DNA of 64,000 nt, from assembly GCA_963674945.2 (NCBI GenBank), contig CAXXWQ010000001.1, forward strand, positions 352,001-416,000, given 5' to 3'. Positions 1 through 10,281 of the stretch are shown piece after piece. The stretch comes from an uncultured Desulfosarcina sp. (GTDB taxonomy: Bacteria > Desulfobacterota > Desulfobacteria > Desulfobacterales > Desulfosarcinaceae). Both the position numbers and the translations under genes were made by a program. Positions within the stretch are counted from its first letter, which is position 1. Every line of letters begins with the position of its first letter. Under the pieces are notes generated by a model. That model saw only the letters and a program-made list of their open reading frames with translations. It searched no databases and had not been told where the DNA came from.

Positions 1-821
1 ATCCATACACATTTTCCTGAGCGGCAATGCTGTTGCTTGCCGGATTTTTTTGCCAGATCAACCCACTTTTGAACAGATTCTCTACGCAAATTGCGTTTGA
101 TGATAAAGTGGACATTCTTTCGTGAATCGTCAGGAAAGTTGTCTTGACTGTCGTTTCCTGAATCCAACCTCATCAAAATAGGCTGATCGGTAATTTGCCT
201 GGCATAATCCAAGGTGGCGTTGATAAATTCGGGGGTGTTTTTCTGGCAGTGTTGTTTTCCTTCTCTGAACTCAAGATTCACCAGATACCCCTCGGTGCCC
301 AGGTAGGCAAAGATCGGAGCGAAGCCATCCGTGCCTTTGTAGGTTCTGGAAACGCCTTCCTTTTGAGTCTTTGAGTTGTCAAACGGACTCACATCCATAT
401 CCAAAGGAAGGAAATCACCCGCACTGGTTTGGATGGGTGAAATCGCCGGAGCGCAGGATCGAACCAAATCAACGCCTGCATCCTTAATCAGCTTATCGGC
501 TTGGTTGCCGATCAAATCGATTCGCTGACGCAATGTCGGGCTTGACGGGCATGCACGATTGCCAATGGCCTTGTTGAAAAATTCTTGCTTCTCACGAAAA
601 ATCTCGATCGCATCGTAATCAGGTTTACCAATACTCATGAGAGCAATCATCGAAGCTAAAATGTCACCATGAGAAATTTTCGGGTCTACACAATGGACGC
701 CGTTGATCTTTTCGAAACGGAACCTGAAATTTATCGCATCAAGTAATGCGCCGATATTGATCAATCCGCTATGACTGGCAAGTTTTTCCATCTCGTGTTT
801 TATGGTGATCGGACGCCGCAT
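1..821 (-). CDS. IS1380-family transposase, N-terminal part (runs off the window start)
   Basis: Not in the ORF track. Manual translation from ATG at 821 (GGAGG RBS upstream): MRRPITIKHEMEKLASHSGL...PSSPTLRQR...LPLDMDVSPFDNSKTQKEGVSRTYKGTDGFAPIFAYLGTEG...LEFREGKQHCQK...LMRLDSGND, typical of IS1380 DDE transposases. Confidence 0.85.
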   Translation of the reverse strand, partial: MRRPITIKHEMEKLASHSGLINIGALLDAINFRFRFEKINGVHCVDPKISHGDILASMIALMSIGKPDYDAIEIFREKQEFFNKAIGNRACPSSPTLRQRIDLIGNQADKLIKDAGVDLVRSCAPAISPIQTSAGDFLPLDMDVSPFDNSKTQKEGVSRTYKGTDGFAPIFAYLGTEGYLVNLEFREGKQHCQKNTPEFINATLDYARQITDQPILMRLDSGNDSQDNFPDDSRKNVHFIIKRNLRRESVQKWVDLAKKSGKQQHCRSGKCVW

Positions 822-908
822 TGATTTCACCTCCGAAGTGAGCGTTTAGTGCCCTAATATTACCATAATATATATGTTTTATCAATTGGTTATAGTGTTT
901 TAATCAGG
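1..908 (-). mobile_element. IS1380-family insertion sequence, partial; outer end probably CCTGATTA at 908
   Basis: Transposase plus AT-rich leader. The end was placed by resemblance to CCT-starting IS1380 termini; the partner inverted repeat is outside the window. Confidence 0.6.
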
Positions 909-1167
909 TTTTGTGCCACGGAAACAGGTCCCATTTATATTGTAAATGCGTCAAGAGCAGACTGGACTGTATCTTCGAAGCATACAAAAAAAAGGTGTCG
1001 CGCTTTTCCCGTGATTGAGAATGACCAATCCGAGTGAATTCAGTTAACTGGAACTTTGAAGCAAAATGGGTTAATAAATCATTCTTACTTGCATCTGTAG
1101 GCAATTATGAAGATATGGGGTGGGTTGGGATACGCAAAAAAGTTAATCAGAAAATGGAGGAAAGGAG

Positions 1168-1974
1168 ATGAATCGGACAAAAGTTGAGTGGGTAAAGAAT
1201 CCAGACGGTAGCCAGGGGTATAGCTGGAATCCCATCACCGGTTGTCTCAATGGATGTGCATATTGCTATGCCCGGAAGTTGGCCAATGGGCGCTTGCGGG
1301 CGAGATTTGTAGCCAATGACAATTTGCCTTCAAACGATGAACCAGACCACAAACAGCATTTGGCTGATCCCTTTTATCCCCGCTTCTGGCCTGACCGATT
1401 AAAGGAATTGGAGAAAGCAAAACCCCGGACTTATAAAAACAGGAAGACCGGCACTGCTCACCAGAGAAAGACGAATCCAAAAGGTATCTTCGTATGCAAT
1501 ATGTGTGAATTGTTCGGCGAGTGGGTACCTACCCAATGGCAAAGAGAGATATTCAGGGTGATTCGAGCCAATCCTCAGCATCGTTTCTATTTTCTCTCAA
1601 AGCGGTCTCGGAACATGCCCGAGTGGTCTCCGTTTCCTGATAACTGCTGGATCGGGGCAACTGTTTGCGATAAACAGACGGTTTTTGATGTCTGGTGGTA
1701 TTATTTCGGTGGTGCAATCAAGGCGAAACTGAAATTCCTCTCCTTTGAACCATTGCTTGAGGATGTGATGGAAATACCATTGGTTGCGAGCTTTATCCCA
1801 AAAGCGGATTGGGTGATCATCGGAAGCCAGACCAAGCCTTTCAATCCCCCGAAGATAGAGTGGGTGCAGAAGATCGTTGCATGTGCGGATAACGCCGGTG
1901 TGCCTGTGTTTCTAAAAGACAATTTGAAGTCCCTTCTGGGTGATCCTCTGCGACAGGAGTTACCAGCCGGCTAA
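1168..1974 (+). CDS. DUF5131 (phage Gp37/Gp68-like) protein with radical-SAM-like three-Cys motif
   Basis: TKVEW...SWNPITGCLNGCAYCYA, IFVCNMCELF, FLSFEPLL, WVIIG, VPVFLK motifs; GGAGG RBS. Confidence 0.85.
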   Translation: MNRTKVEWVKNPDGSQGYSWNPITGCLNGCAYCYARKLANGRLRARFVANDNLPSNDEPDHKQHLADPFYPRFWPDRLKELEKAKPRTYKNRKTGTAHQRKTNPKGIFVCNMCELFGEWVPTQWQREIFRVIRANPQHRFYFLSKRSRNMPEWSPFPDNCWIGATVCDKQTVFDVWWYYFGGAIKAKLKFLSFEPLLEDVMEIPLVASFIPKADWVIIGSQTKPFNPPKIEWVQKIVACADNAGVPVFLKDNLKSLLGDPLRQELPAG

Positions 1975-2009
1975 CATTCATATTTTCAACACGATTCAGC
2001 CCCAAACGA

Positions 2010-2999
2010 TTACACTGGCTTGACGGCACGAACCAGGCTGTCCATCTGTTTTCCGGAGACGATCCATTCGACATCTTCAAATCCCGCCGATTCCAGGGTC
2101 TCTTTGACCTCACCGAACGTGTAGGTGTCACCGCCCGGTGTGTTGACCAGCATGTTCAGGGCAAACAGCGTCCCGGCTGGCGGCTGGGTGCGCGTTGTGT
2201 CCATGATGTGGTCCCGGATGAGCAGCACCCCACCGTGGCCGAGGGCATGGTATATTTTTTGATACAGCGCCAAATTCTGGTCTGGGCTGTTCTGGTGAAT
2301 GATGGCAGACAGCAGTGCAAGATCGCATCCGGCGGGAAGGGGATCTTTGTAAAAATCTCCCTCAACAAATGTCACCCGGTCTTCAATCCCTGCCTCTTCG
2401 ATCTTTTGTTTGGTAATGGGAATCACGTTTTTCAAATCGAATACAACGCCGCGCAGTTGCGGATTTTTTTTCAGAAATGCGATGGTGTACGCACCGGAGC
2501 CGCCGCCCACATCCAGCAGTTTCTTATGGGCATGCGAATCAAACGCATCCGCAATTTTCATGGAAAGTCGTTGGGCGGCCACGTGCATTGCGCCAATAAA
2601 AGAACGCCGCTCATCCTCCGACGCCGCATCGACAACCGGTTTACAATCCGGGTTGGTTCCGTATTCGGCGACGGCGGTCAGATTACTCCAGTTGCGCCAT
2701 ATGTGGCTCATATGCAGGACCATGGGCAGGACCGATTCCGGGTGACGGGATGAAAGCGTCGATCCCGCCGGAGTTGTCCGGTATTTCGTGTCCTGCTTTT
2801 CGAGGAGTTTGAATGCAACCAGGCTGTCGAGGATGCGGGTGGTCGCCCGTTCGTCGAGATTCCGGTCCCCGATCAGCTCTGCAATTGTCAGAAAATTTCC
2901 GTCCAGCCGTGTAAAAACGTCCAGATCTGCACCGGTTAGAATCACACGGCTTTTCATAAATCCGCGGACGTCGGCCATAATGTCTGTTTTCGTTTCCAT
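2010..2999 (-). CDS. SAM-dependent O-methyltransferase (Methyltransf_2 plus dimerisation domain)
   Basis: LLDVGGGSG SAM motif, VEGDFY, LLSAIIH; N-terminal winged-helix dimerisation domain. Confidence 0.9.
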   Translation of the reverse strand: METKTDIMADVRGFMKSRVILTGADLDVFTRLDGNFLTIAELIGDRNLDERATTRILDSLVAFKLLEKQDTKYRTTPAGSTLSSRHPESVLPMVLHMSHIWRNWSNLTAVAEYGTNPDCKPVVDAASEDERRSFIGAMHVAAQRLSMKIADAFDSHAHKKLLDVGGGSGAYTIAFLKKNPQLRGVVFDLKNVIPITKQKIEEAGIEDRVTFVEGDFYKDPLPAGCDLALLSAIIHQNSPDQNLALYQKIYHALGHGGVLLIRDHIMDTTRTQPPAGTLFALNMLVNTPGGDTYTFGEVKETLESAGFEDVEWIVSGKQMDSLVRAVKPV

Positions 3000-3084
3000 C
3001 GTGTTTACCCTCTTCTCTATGGGTTGGTCGAGGTTGACTCATCCGTCTTGCATTTCAAACGCTACCCGTACTCATTATAATCAG

Positions 3085-4251
3085 TCAGGGTCGAGGAAAA
3101 AAGCGCTCCCATGCCTCCCCGGGACGCTTGGTCTTGCAGCAACAATGCGTTGCAGGCCGATCTTGCCGGCCAAGACAAAAGCAGTACGTATTGCAGGAAT
3201 TGCAGGAAACAATTTCGTCGGCCCGGTTCTCGATGGTCTTGTTCACCCAATAGGGATCGCAAATCAGTTGCCGGCAGATGGCGACCATATCAGCCTGCCG
3301 CCTACCTAAAATATCTTCGGCAACGTCCGGTGTGTTAATACGCCCAACCGCCACCACGGGTATGGTAACACTCTTTTTGATTGTCTCCGCCATGTGAGCA
3401 TAGACTCCCATAGGGGACTTTTTGAGTGGTGCCGGGTAATTGAGAAATTCGGTTGTACTGGAAATACCGACTGAGACGGTGAGACAATCAACAGTAGCTC
3501 TTTCAAGCGCAACAGCAAAGTCTGCTGCATCATCTGGCTTCACACCTTCTGGTGCCTCGTCGGCAGCCCCCAGTTTGACGAAGATGGGATAGCTTTTCCC
3601 AACGGCCTTTCTCATGGCGGTGATGCATTCCAGACCGAATCTCATTCTGCTGGATGGCCCACCGCCATAACGGTCCTTTCGTCGATTCACGATTGGTGTA
3701 AAGAACTGATAGGGGAGTTGGGCATGTCCGTGGGCCAGATGTAATTCCACGAAGTCAGCTCCCAGATCCCTAATCCGGGAGGCCGCTATACCAAACCTGT
3801 TGATGACTGTCTCGATCTCTTCAATTGTCAGCTGGCGCATCTTCTGACCCAAAGGGGGAACATGGCGTTCGACACGCGGTGAAGGCGCCACCCACTCTTG
3901 AGGAAATGGCGATCGTGCTTCTCCTGACGGATACAGATTCGTGTGAAATAATTGTACACCAACCTTGGTTCCGCTTCCGTGCATTCTGTCGACAAGGTGC
4001 TTCAATGCCTCCATGCGTGAATCGGGAGCTACGGTTTGTTTCAAGTCCTCGTCAGGTATCAGGGAAGAAGGTGGCAGGCCACCGATAATGATGGCGCCGG
4101 TGCCACCACTGGCACGTTCGGAATAGAAGTCAATAATGGTTTGGGTCGGACCGTCAAGTCCCAGCCCCATAGCAAGCGTGCCGATGGCAGGCATCACCAC
4201 GCGGTTCTTAAGCTCCATGTTTCGAATCATGATGGATTCACATAGCTTCAC
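3085..4251 (-). CDS. NADH:flavin oxidoreductase (old yellow enzyme family)
   Basis: LKNRVVMPA, VELHLAHG, NRRKDRYGG, IPVVAVGRI motifs; C-terminal CNSCNTYC. Confidence 0.9.
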   Translation of the reverse strand: MKLCESIMIRNMELKNRVVMPAIGTLAMGLGLDGPTQTIIDFYSERASGGTGAIIIGGLPPSSLIPDEDLKQTVAPDSRMEALKHLVDRMHGSGTKVGVQLFHTNLYPSGEARSPFPQEWVAPSPRVERHVPPLGQKMRQLTIEEIETVINRFGIAASRIRDLGADFVELHLAHGHAQLPYQFFTPIVNRRKDRYGGGPSSRMRFGLECITAMRKAVGKSYPIFVKLGAADEAPEGVKPDDAADFAVALERATVDCLTVSVGISSTTEFLNYPAPLKKSPMGVYAHMAETIKKSVTIPVVAVGRINTPDVAEDILGRRQADMVAICRQLICDPYWVNKTIENRADEIVSCNSCNTYCFCLGRQDRPATHCCCKTKRPGEAWERFFPRP

Positions 4252-4627
4252 AAATTCCTCCTGAAGGTTCTACAACGGTGGCAGGTCTCTGCAGCTGTCG
4301 AAGCGTTCCCTCTTCCACGGAATGAAACGTTTGATAGCATGCACTGATTGATATTGACAAGTGGCTTGTGCTATGCTCTGCCTGAAATCCGGCGGGGATG
4401 GATGAAGAAGCACGGATCAATGCTTTGGTGGCAAAAGCATCGGATCGTCGGATCATCTCGGAGGTTGAATCATCAATATCTGGGCTCCGAGACAGTATCA
4501 TGGGGCTGTTCAAGAAGTACGGATAGAATCGACCTGATGGAGTGTGTGCGGAATCCCAGGCCATTTCGTTAATGGGACGATCGTTCCGGCCGAAGCAGGC
4601 TGGCGTGCTGCGTAAGGAGGTAGCGTA

Positions 4628-5941
4628 ATGGCTGAGATAAAATCGCTTGCAGATTTCTGTGAATTGATTGAGAAGGGATTTCTTGAGAATTGCCTCGTCG
4701 CTCAAGGGGAGGATTGTGGTCTGTGCATGGCGAACTGTCCTGTCTTGCTCGATCCGAAGTTCGGTCTGGCTCATAAGGGCCCAAACGCCGTCATGAAAAG
4801 CGTTTCGGATTTACTGAGAGGGAAGTCGGTCTCTCCAGAGGCATATCTCTGGGTTTTTGGCTGTGGGGGAGGATGCAGCAATTTATGTCAGGGAGTCTGC
4901 CCGTCCGGGATCCAGCCAGGTGCATTACATATTGCCGTGGCACGGCGGTTGTATGAAGCGAATATGGGGCCTCCACCTTCCTACCAAGAATTACTTCCGG
5001 GAAAATATCGTTACAGCGCTGCGCATGTTCTCGGCGATCTTGTAACGAAAAAGACAGAAAGGCCCTGGCTGACACTAACGGAAGTGCCGCACGATCCCGA
5101 CCCGGTGGACGTCGTCCTATTTAACAGCTGTGTTTCCCATAAGATGCCCAACGTGATCATGGACGCCATGGATATCCTCACCAGAATGGGGGTCAACTTT
5201 ATCACTGTCGCTGGACCCGAGCTTTGCTGCGGAGCCGTCCCGCTCAGGTATGGTCTCGTGGAGGAAGCGCAGAAACTGGCTGAGACATTTGTCGCCACCA
5301 TGAGCGCATTTCGGGCCAAGAAAGTCGTAACCGCATGTCCGGGATGTACCATCTTCAGTAATGGTCTTCTATCGATGCTCTTTCAGGTTCCATTTGAGAC
5401 CCAGCATATTACGGATTTTCTGGCCGATAACACGGACAATCTGAATTTTACTGCGAAGCCAAAGCGTGTGGTTACGATACATGATGCTTGTGCCCAAATT
5501 AAATACAGTGGATGTGATTCGCCGCGCAAGATGCTTCAGGCCATCCCCGGTATAACGTTGGTGGAGATGAAGCATAATAAGGAGAACAGTATTTGCTGTG
5601 GTGGCTTAACCAATGTCCATTTTCCCGATACGATGAAGAATCTGCATAAGAGCAGAGGCGATGAGGCAGTGGCTGCGGGCGCCGAAATACTGACGACTGT
5701 ATGTCCGGATTGCACCTCAGCATTTTACCACTTTGAAGAGAATTATCCCCTTCAGGTCAAGCATGCCGTGAGTGTTCTGGCTGAAGCCATGGGGATACAT
5801 AATGAAGACAAACTGAAGCGGTATGTCCTTACCAGGGACATAGACAAGGTGCTTGCCGAGGCTCGAGATTGCATTGATGCCAGCGATTTATCCCCGGCGG
5901 AATTTGAATATGTGTTGCGACACTGTCTGGGCTACTTTTAA
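4628..5941 (+). CDS. (Fe-S)-binding oxidoreductase with two CCG domains (HdrD/GlpC-like)
   Basis: N-terminal Cys clusters (CGLCMANCP; CSNLCQGVCP), ELCCG, ACPGC, IHDAC, ICCGG, VCPDC; GGAGG RBS. Confidence 0.88.
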   Translation: MAEIKSLADFCELIEKGFLENCLVAQGEDCGLCMANCPVLLDPKFGLAHKGPNAVMKSVSDLLRGKSVSPEAYLWVFGCGGGCSNLCQGVCPSGIQPGALHIAVARRLYEANMGPPPSYQELLPGKYRYSAAHVLGDLVTKKTERPWLTLTEVPHDPDPVDVVLFNSCVSHKMPNVIMDAMDILTRMGVNFITVAGPELCCGAVPLRYGLVEEAQKLAETFVATMSAFRAKKVVTACPGCTIFSNGLLSMLFQVPFETQHITDFLADNTDNLNFTAKPKRVVTIHDACAQIKYSGCDSPRKMLQAIPGITLVEMKHNKENSICCGGLTNVHFPDTMKNLHKSRGDEAVAAGAEILTTVCPDCTSAFYHFEENYPLQVKHAVSVLAEAMGIHNEDKLKRYVLTRDIDKVLAEARDCIDASDLSPAEFEYVLRHCLGYF

Positions 5942-5969
5942 TCTAACGCATTTGTTTTTCTTTCTATAC

Positions 5970-7619
5970 CTATAGTAACAATAGCTGAAGGATCGGAATG
6001 AGATCGGGCATACTGAGGTTCTCCTGAGCGGTGTATTCATATGCACCGATATCGCATTTTTCATCCCGGTTATAACCACGCTGGTCGGTTGATGGCGCTC
6101 CCGAATTCGATCCTGCGTCGATGGCCGGACTTTTTTCGGGCAGGGCGACGGTCATGGTCGGTCCACCGTTGTCGGCCAGGTTTTGTGGCTGGGGATCGGC
6201 GATGATAACCGTGGGCGTAACCAGACAGTCATCGGGCGTGCCAATTTGGTTAAAGCGTTCTTGCGGATACTGAAGGTTTCCGCCGCTGTCCATATCCGCT
6301 TGTCTGTTCATTTGATAACAGGCCCAATCCCTTTCTGATTCATTGTAGTAAAACAAGTTGTTCATCAAGCGAACCGTGGCACTGTTGCTTGCCTGAATGC
6401 CGCCTCCGTGAAACCACGCATAATTGTTAACGAAGGTGCAATTGGTAACCATTGCCTCCCCCTGGCCGAGAACGAGGCCGCCACCCATGCCAAGGGAGGT
6501 ATGGCTGGTCTGGTTGGCCGAAAAAGTCGAGTTAATCACGTTTATTCGCCCCAAGGCGGTCACCCACGCCCCCCCGCCCTGCTTCCATCCGGTGTTCTGG
6601 CTGAAAGTGCATTCCAGAATTTCGACATTCAGCTCATCGGACCCGCCATCGTGGTCATCTTCGATATGATAGATCGCCCCGCCGTGCCCTTCTGTCTCGC
6701 TGGCTCCGGATGAAGTGTTGTTTATGAACTGGGATTTTTCATAGGTGGCCGTAATTCCTTTATTGTCCGAAACGGTTACTTTGAGCGCACCGCCACCTCG
6801 AACCGACGTATTGTTTTCAAAAACAGACCCGCAGACATGCACCCGTTTATTGGAATCGGGGTTGTAACTGTTGGTAACACCGTCCAGATGAATGGCACCG
6901 CCATGACCCTTTACGATATCGCCGGTGGATTCATCGACGGCACCATTTCCTGTGAAACGGGAGTTGAAGACAAACAGCCCTGTGGCAATGCCGCCAAAGG
7001 CACCTCCGTTTCCGGCTTGATTGTCGGTGAAGGTAGTGCCCGATAGTATCGTTTCGTAGCTGTTGGAGACGAAAATGGCGCCTCCCTGGTTATCCGCTGT
7101 ATTGATGTCGGTGGTGGCATTATTCTCAAACGTGCAATTGATGATGTATAGGCGTGTGCCCGGATGCCCTACGTTAATGGCGCCTCCGGAATGATCACCC
7201 GTCCCGCCGCCGGTTGGGGCTTTGCCGTTGATCAGACGAATATTCTGCAAGGTGATGGACACCGTGTAGGAAGGGTCATGCCATTCCTTTTTAAAGATTC
7301 GTGTCACGCCTTGTCCATCCAAAGTGACCAGACCTTTTCCATCCAGAACCGTATCGTGGCTTGTGCTCAAGGTAAGCTGTGAGTTTATATTGATGGTGAT
7401 GGGCGTCGTCGTGTCGAAGGTGATATGCCCGCCGTTGTCGAGGGCCGACTGCAGCGCAGTCTGGGTAAATTGGCCGATAATGGTCGGATTTGAAAGCGTG
7501 ACCGGTGCAACGGGAGAAGTACAGATATCTAACTCGCTCCCGAATCCCATCGACCGATCCGGTTTGATGACAAGGAACAGAAAAATAATGGTGATGATAA
7601 TCGTTGGTTTCGTTTTCAT
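5970..7619 (-). CDS. Secreted right-handed beta-helix (pectin-lyase/Pmp-like) protein with choice-of-anchor Q-like C-terminus
   Basis: Signal peptide; repeated FxxN...GGAI; LADNGGPTMT...SPAIDAG...DQRG...CDIGAYE; terminal hydrophobic IPILQLLLL. Confidence 0.8.
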   Translation of the reverse strand: MKTKPTIIITIIFLFLVIKPDRSMGFGSELDICTSPVAPVTLSNPTIIGQFTQTALQSALDNGGHITFDTTTPITININSQLTLSTSHDTVLDGKGLVTLDGQGVTRIFKKEWHDPSYTVSITLQNIRLINGKAPTGGGTGDHSGGAINVGHPGTRLYIINCTFENNATTDINTADNQGGAIFVSNSYETILSGTTFTDNQAGNGGAFGGIATGLFVFNSRFTGNGAVDESTGDIVKGHGGAIHLDGVTNSYNPDSNKRVHVCGSVFENNTSVRGGGALKVTVSDNKGITATYEKSQFINNTSSGASETEGHGGAIYHIEDDHDGGSDELNVEILECTFSQNTGWKQGGGAWVTALGRINVINSTFSANQTSHTSLGMGGGLVLGQGEAMVTNCTFVNNYAWFHGGGIQASNSATVRLMNNLFYYNESERDWACYQMNRQADMDSGGNLQYPQERFNQIGTPDDCLVTPTVIIADPQPQNLADNGGPTMTVALPEKSPAIDAGSNSGAPSTDQRGYNRDEKCDIGAYEYTAQENLSMPDLIPILQLLLL

Positions 7620-7662
7620 TTACTGGGAGCCCCCCCCCATTCACCGAAATAAAAAACGTAGA

Positions 7663-7692
7663 CATAAGTACTCATAAGTACTCATAAGTACT
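7663..7692. repeat. Tandem repeat (CATAAGTACT)x3
   Basis: Read directly from the sequence, between the corrinoid gene stop and the beta-helix gene start. Confidence 0.9.
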
Positions 7693-8368
7693 ATAGAATA
7701 CCCCCAAGTAACCCCTCGCTATCCAAAAATATGCATAGCTTGTCCAACGTATCGAAGCAGTCAAGGCCAAAGGCATCGGCACCCACCTCGTCACACCACT
7801 CATCCTCCATGTCCCATCCACCGACGAAGTAAAAAACATCGTCTCTTACGCCGGCGTCCGTCATCGCCTTATTTATTGCTTCGCAGGCCGGGTTGGAACA
7901 TAACTTAGTCGAAGCCCCTACGAGGTTCGGTTTGTATTTTTTAACGGCGGCAACGAATTTTTCGGCGGAAATGTTCTCGCCAATGTCAATCACCTTTATG
8001 CCGACACCTTTTAAGAATGCGGAAATGAGCTGCTTTCCGATGTTATGGTAGTCTCTCTCCACGGTTCCGATGACCATACTGTATTCATCTCTTTTGCAAT
8101 TGAGGATCGGTACGTCGGATTCGAAAAAGGGAAGAAGTTTGTCCACGGCTTTCTTAAAAACGTCGCCGGCAATGATCATATCCGAAAGGAATCCGCCATC
8201 CTTAAAATCGGCAGTGATGACACGCAGGCCGGGTGCGAGTCCCTTGAAGAATATATCATTGGCGGGAATACCATCTGCTATGGCACCATCCACCAGATCA
8301 TACACAAGATCGTCATCAAGGTTTACGAATGCCTCTGCAATTTTCTGTAATCTCGCCTCATTTTCCAT
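7691..8368 (-). CDS. Corrinoid (cobalamin-binding) protein, MtaC/MttC-like
   Basis: N-terminal cap domain; GTVERDYHNIGK (DxHxxG), VIDIG, VGAS, VGG, VGADAF. Confidence 0.88.
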   Translation of the reverse strand: MENEARLQKIAEAFVNLDDDLVYDLVDGAIADGIPANDIFFKGLAPGLRVITADFKDGGFLSDMIIAGDVFKKAVDKLLPFFESDVPILNCKRDEYSMVIGTVERDYHNIGKQLISAFLKGVGIKVIDIGENISAEKFVAAVKKYKPNLVGASTKLCSNPACEAINKAMTDAGVRDDVFYFVGGWDMEDEWCDEVGADAFGLDCFDTLDKLCIFLDSEGLLGGIL

Positions 8369-8601
8369 ATTTCAGATCCATCCTAATTCTGTGTCGCAAT
8401 GATTCCGAAAAAAGTACTGCCAGTCTTTCATGATGGCAAATAACCCTGGTATTTTCATGACGCTAAGAAAGATTGATTCCCATCGAGCCATATCGTTCAC
8501 CACCCCATTTTTCAAGACTTACTGCGTAAGGCAAATTGTTAAAAAAAACCATACCAAGCTTCGGCACACATCTGAGCACCTTTCAGGAAAGAAGCGGCAC
8601 T

Positions 8602-8628
8602 TAAAGTTTCTGTCTTTTTTCCCGATAT
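8602..8628 (+). promoter_or_regulatory. Probable sigma-28 (FliA) promoter of the chemoreceptor gene
   Basis: TAAA-N15-CCCGATAT versus consensus TAAA-N15-GCCGATAA, upstream of an MCP gene. Confidence 0.55.
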
Positions 8629-8685
8629 TTTGATCATTCATAGCAGCAGTCAGCCTCGATAGAATCATAGGAGTGTGATGAGCCA

Positions 8686-10212
8686 ATGAAGCAGGAAGCC
8701 GACGTAACAAACGACTTTTCATTTGAACAGACAATCCAGCTCAAATCCAATAAGGATCTGGCCCGGCGGACGTTCGCCTCCGTATTCGTAATGCTGATCT
8801 ATATTATTTTTGTCATTGCGACGCCCAGTTTCAAGGATCGACCGACTGCGGTGATGGGTTACGGAGCGCTCTTGTTTGTAAGCATCCTGCTGCGTGTCGT
8901 CATGGCCAGAATCGGTCTGGCTTCCGACGCTGTAGCGGTCTCAGCCGACTGGTTGCGCAAATATTGCTTCTCCACCATTCTTTTGAGTGTTGCATGGAGC
9001 GGCTTCATCGTAGGTACCTTTCTGCACTACGGTGCCAATTGGATCTTTTTGCTATTGGTGCTCAGCACCGCCGGTATTGCAGCGGCGGCCACCTCGTCAC
9101 TGGCCCCCAATGCAAAACTGGCCCGTGCCTACGTGCTGATCCTCGTTGTGCCCATCGTCTTTCTCGGTTTCATTGAAGGGTCTCGCCAATCGTATACCAC
9201 CAGCGGCCTGATCTTTCTTTTCGTGGTTGCGTTGATGCCGATGATTCGTGACAACAGCAATCAGTACCGTGCCACTTTAATCACCATCGAACAGCTGAAT
9301 CGACAGAAGGAAGATCTGGAAAAGGTGATTTGCCAGATTGGTGAAAATAGCAGGACCCTCAAAGAGGCATCGTTGAGTCTTTCCAATGTTTCCGGTCAAA
9401 TGTCCCAAGGTGCCAATGCCATGTCCACTGAATCACGACATGTCGCCAGGGAAGCCGGCGATTTTAATTCAAGTTCAAAGCGTAACGCCGAATCGATGCA
9501 GCAGCTGACCCGAAAAACGGATCAGGTCGCCAATTCCATTGAAGGCATGATAACCACCATCGACAGTATTTCCCAAACGACCAGGGACACGAAATCAATT
9601 GCCAGCCGGGCCGTGCACCAGGCTCACAGCGCCACAACAAAAGTCAGCGAGCTGGGCCATTCCGCCCAGGAGGTCGGCAAGATCTCCGAAGCGATCAAAG
9701 AGATTTCGGACCAGACCAACCTGTTGGCGCTCAATGCCACAATTGAAGCCGCCAGGGCCGGGGAAGCAGGCAAGGGGTTCGCCGTTGTGGCAAATGAAAT
9801 AAAAGGCCTGGCAACCCAGACCGCCGAAGCCACAGTTAAAATCAAGAATCAAATCGATACCATTCAAAGGGTGATTGCAGACACGGTATCAGAGATCGGC
9901 AATATATCCGAGATCACCACACAGATCGATTCGTCGATCACGACCTCTGCCGATATTGTGGAGGAGCAGTCGGCTACGACGCGGGCGATTGCCGCTTCCG
10001 TTACTGAGACCTCTGGTGAGATTTCTGAAATCAGTGCAAGTGTGGTTAATGGCAGTGAGGCCGTCGACGGGATCGTCAAGGGTATTACCGCGGTAAGTCA
10101 GGCTGCCGATGAAGTGGCGAACAATAGCAGTCAGGTGGACGCCAGCGCCGAAACATTAATGCAGTTGGCCGATGCACTCAATGAAATTGTGCTGTCAGGC
10201 AGGTCGGTCTAA
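8686..10212 (+). CDS. Methyl-accepting chemotaxis protein with multi-TM N-terminal sensor
   Basis: About 6 hydrophobic segments followed by [34 protein letters not shown]. Confidence 0.93.
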   Translation: MKQEADVTNDFSFEQTIQLKSNKDLARRTFASVFVMLIYIIFVIATPSFKDRPTAVMGYGALLFVSILLRVVMARIGLASDAVAVSADWLRKYCFSTILLSVAWSGFIVGTFLHYGANWIFLLLVLSTAGIAAAATSSLAPNAKLARAYVLILVVPIVFLGFIEGSRQSYTTSGLIFLFVVALMPMIRDNSNQYRATLITIEQLNRQKEDLEKVICQIGENSRTLKEASLSLSNVSGQMSQGANAMSTESRHVAREAGDFNSSSKRNAESMQQLTRKTDQVANSIEGMITTIDSISQTTRDTKSIASRAVHQAHSATTKVSELGHSAQEVGKISEAIKEISDQTNLLALNATIEAARAGEAGKGFAVVANEIKGLATQTAEATVKIKNQIDTIQRVIADTVSEIGNISEITTQIDSSITTSADIVEEQSATTRAIAASVTETSGEISEISASVVNGSEAVDGIVKGITAVSQAADEVANNSSQVDASAETLMQLADALNEIVLSGRSV

Positions 10213-10249
10213 AATTTTTCTATACAAGTAGGCGAAAAGATCAGAAAGC

Positions 10250-10279
10250 AAAGGGTCAAGGGCAGCCTTGACCCTTTTT
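10250..10279. terminator. Intrinsic terminator between convergent genes (probably bidirectional)
   Basis: AAAGGGTCAAGG-GCAG-CCTTGACCCTTTTT hairpin. Confidence 0.75.
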
Positions 10280-10281
10280 AT

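Noticed and set aside
4238..4774. 178-aa minus-strand ORF
   Set aside because: Overlaps the Fe-S gene start on the opposite strand, with no motifs.
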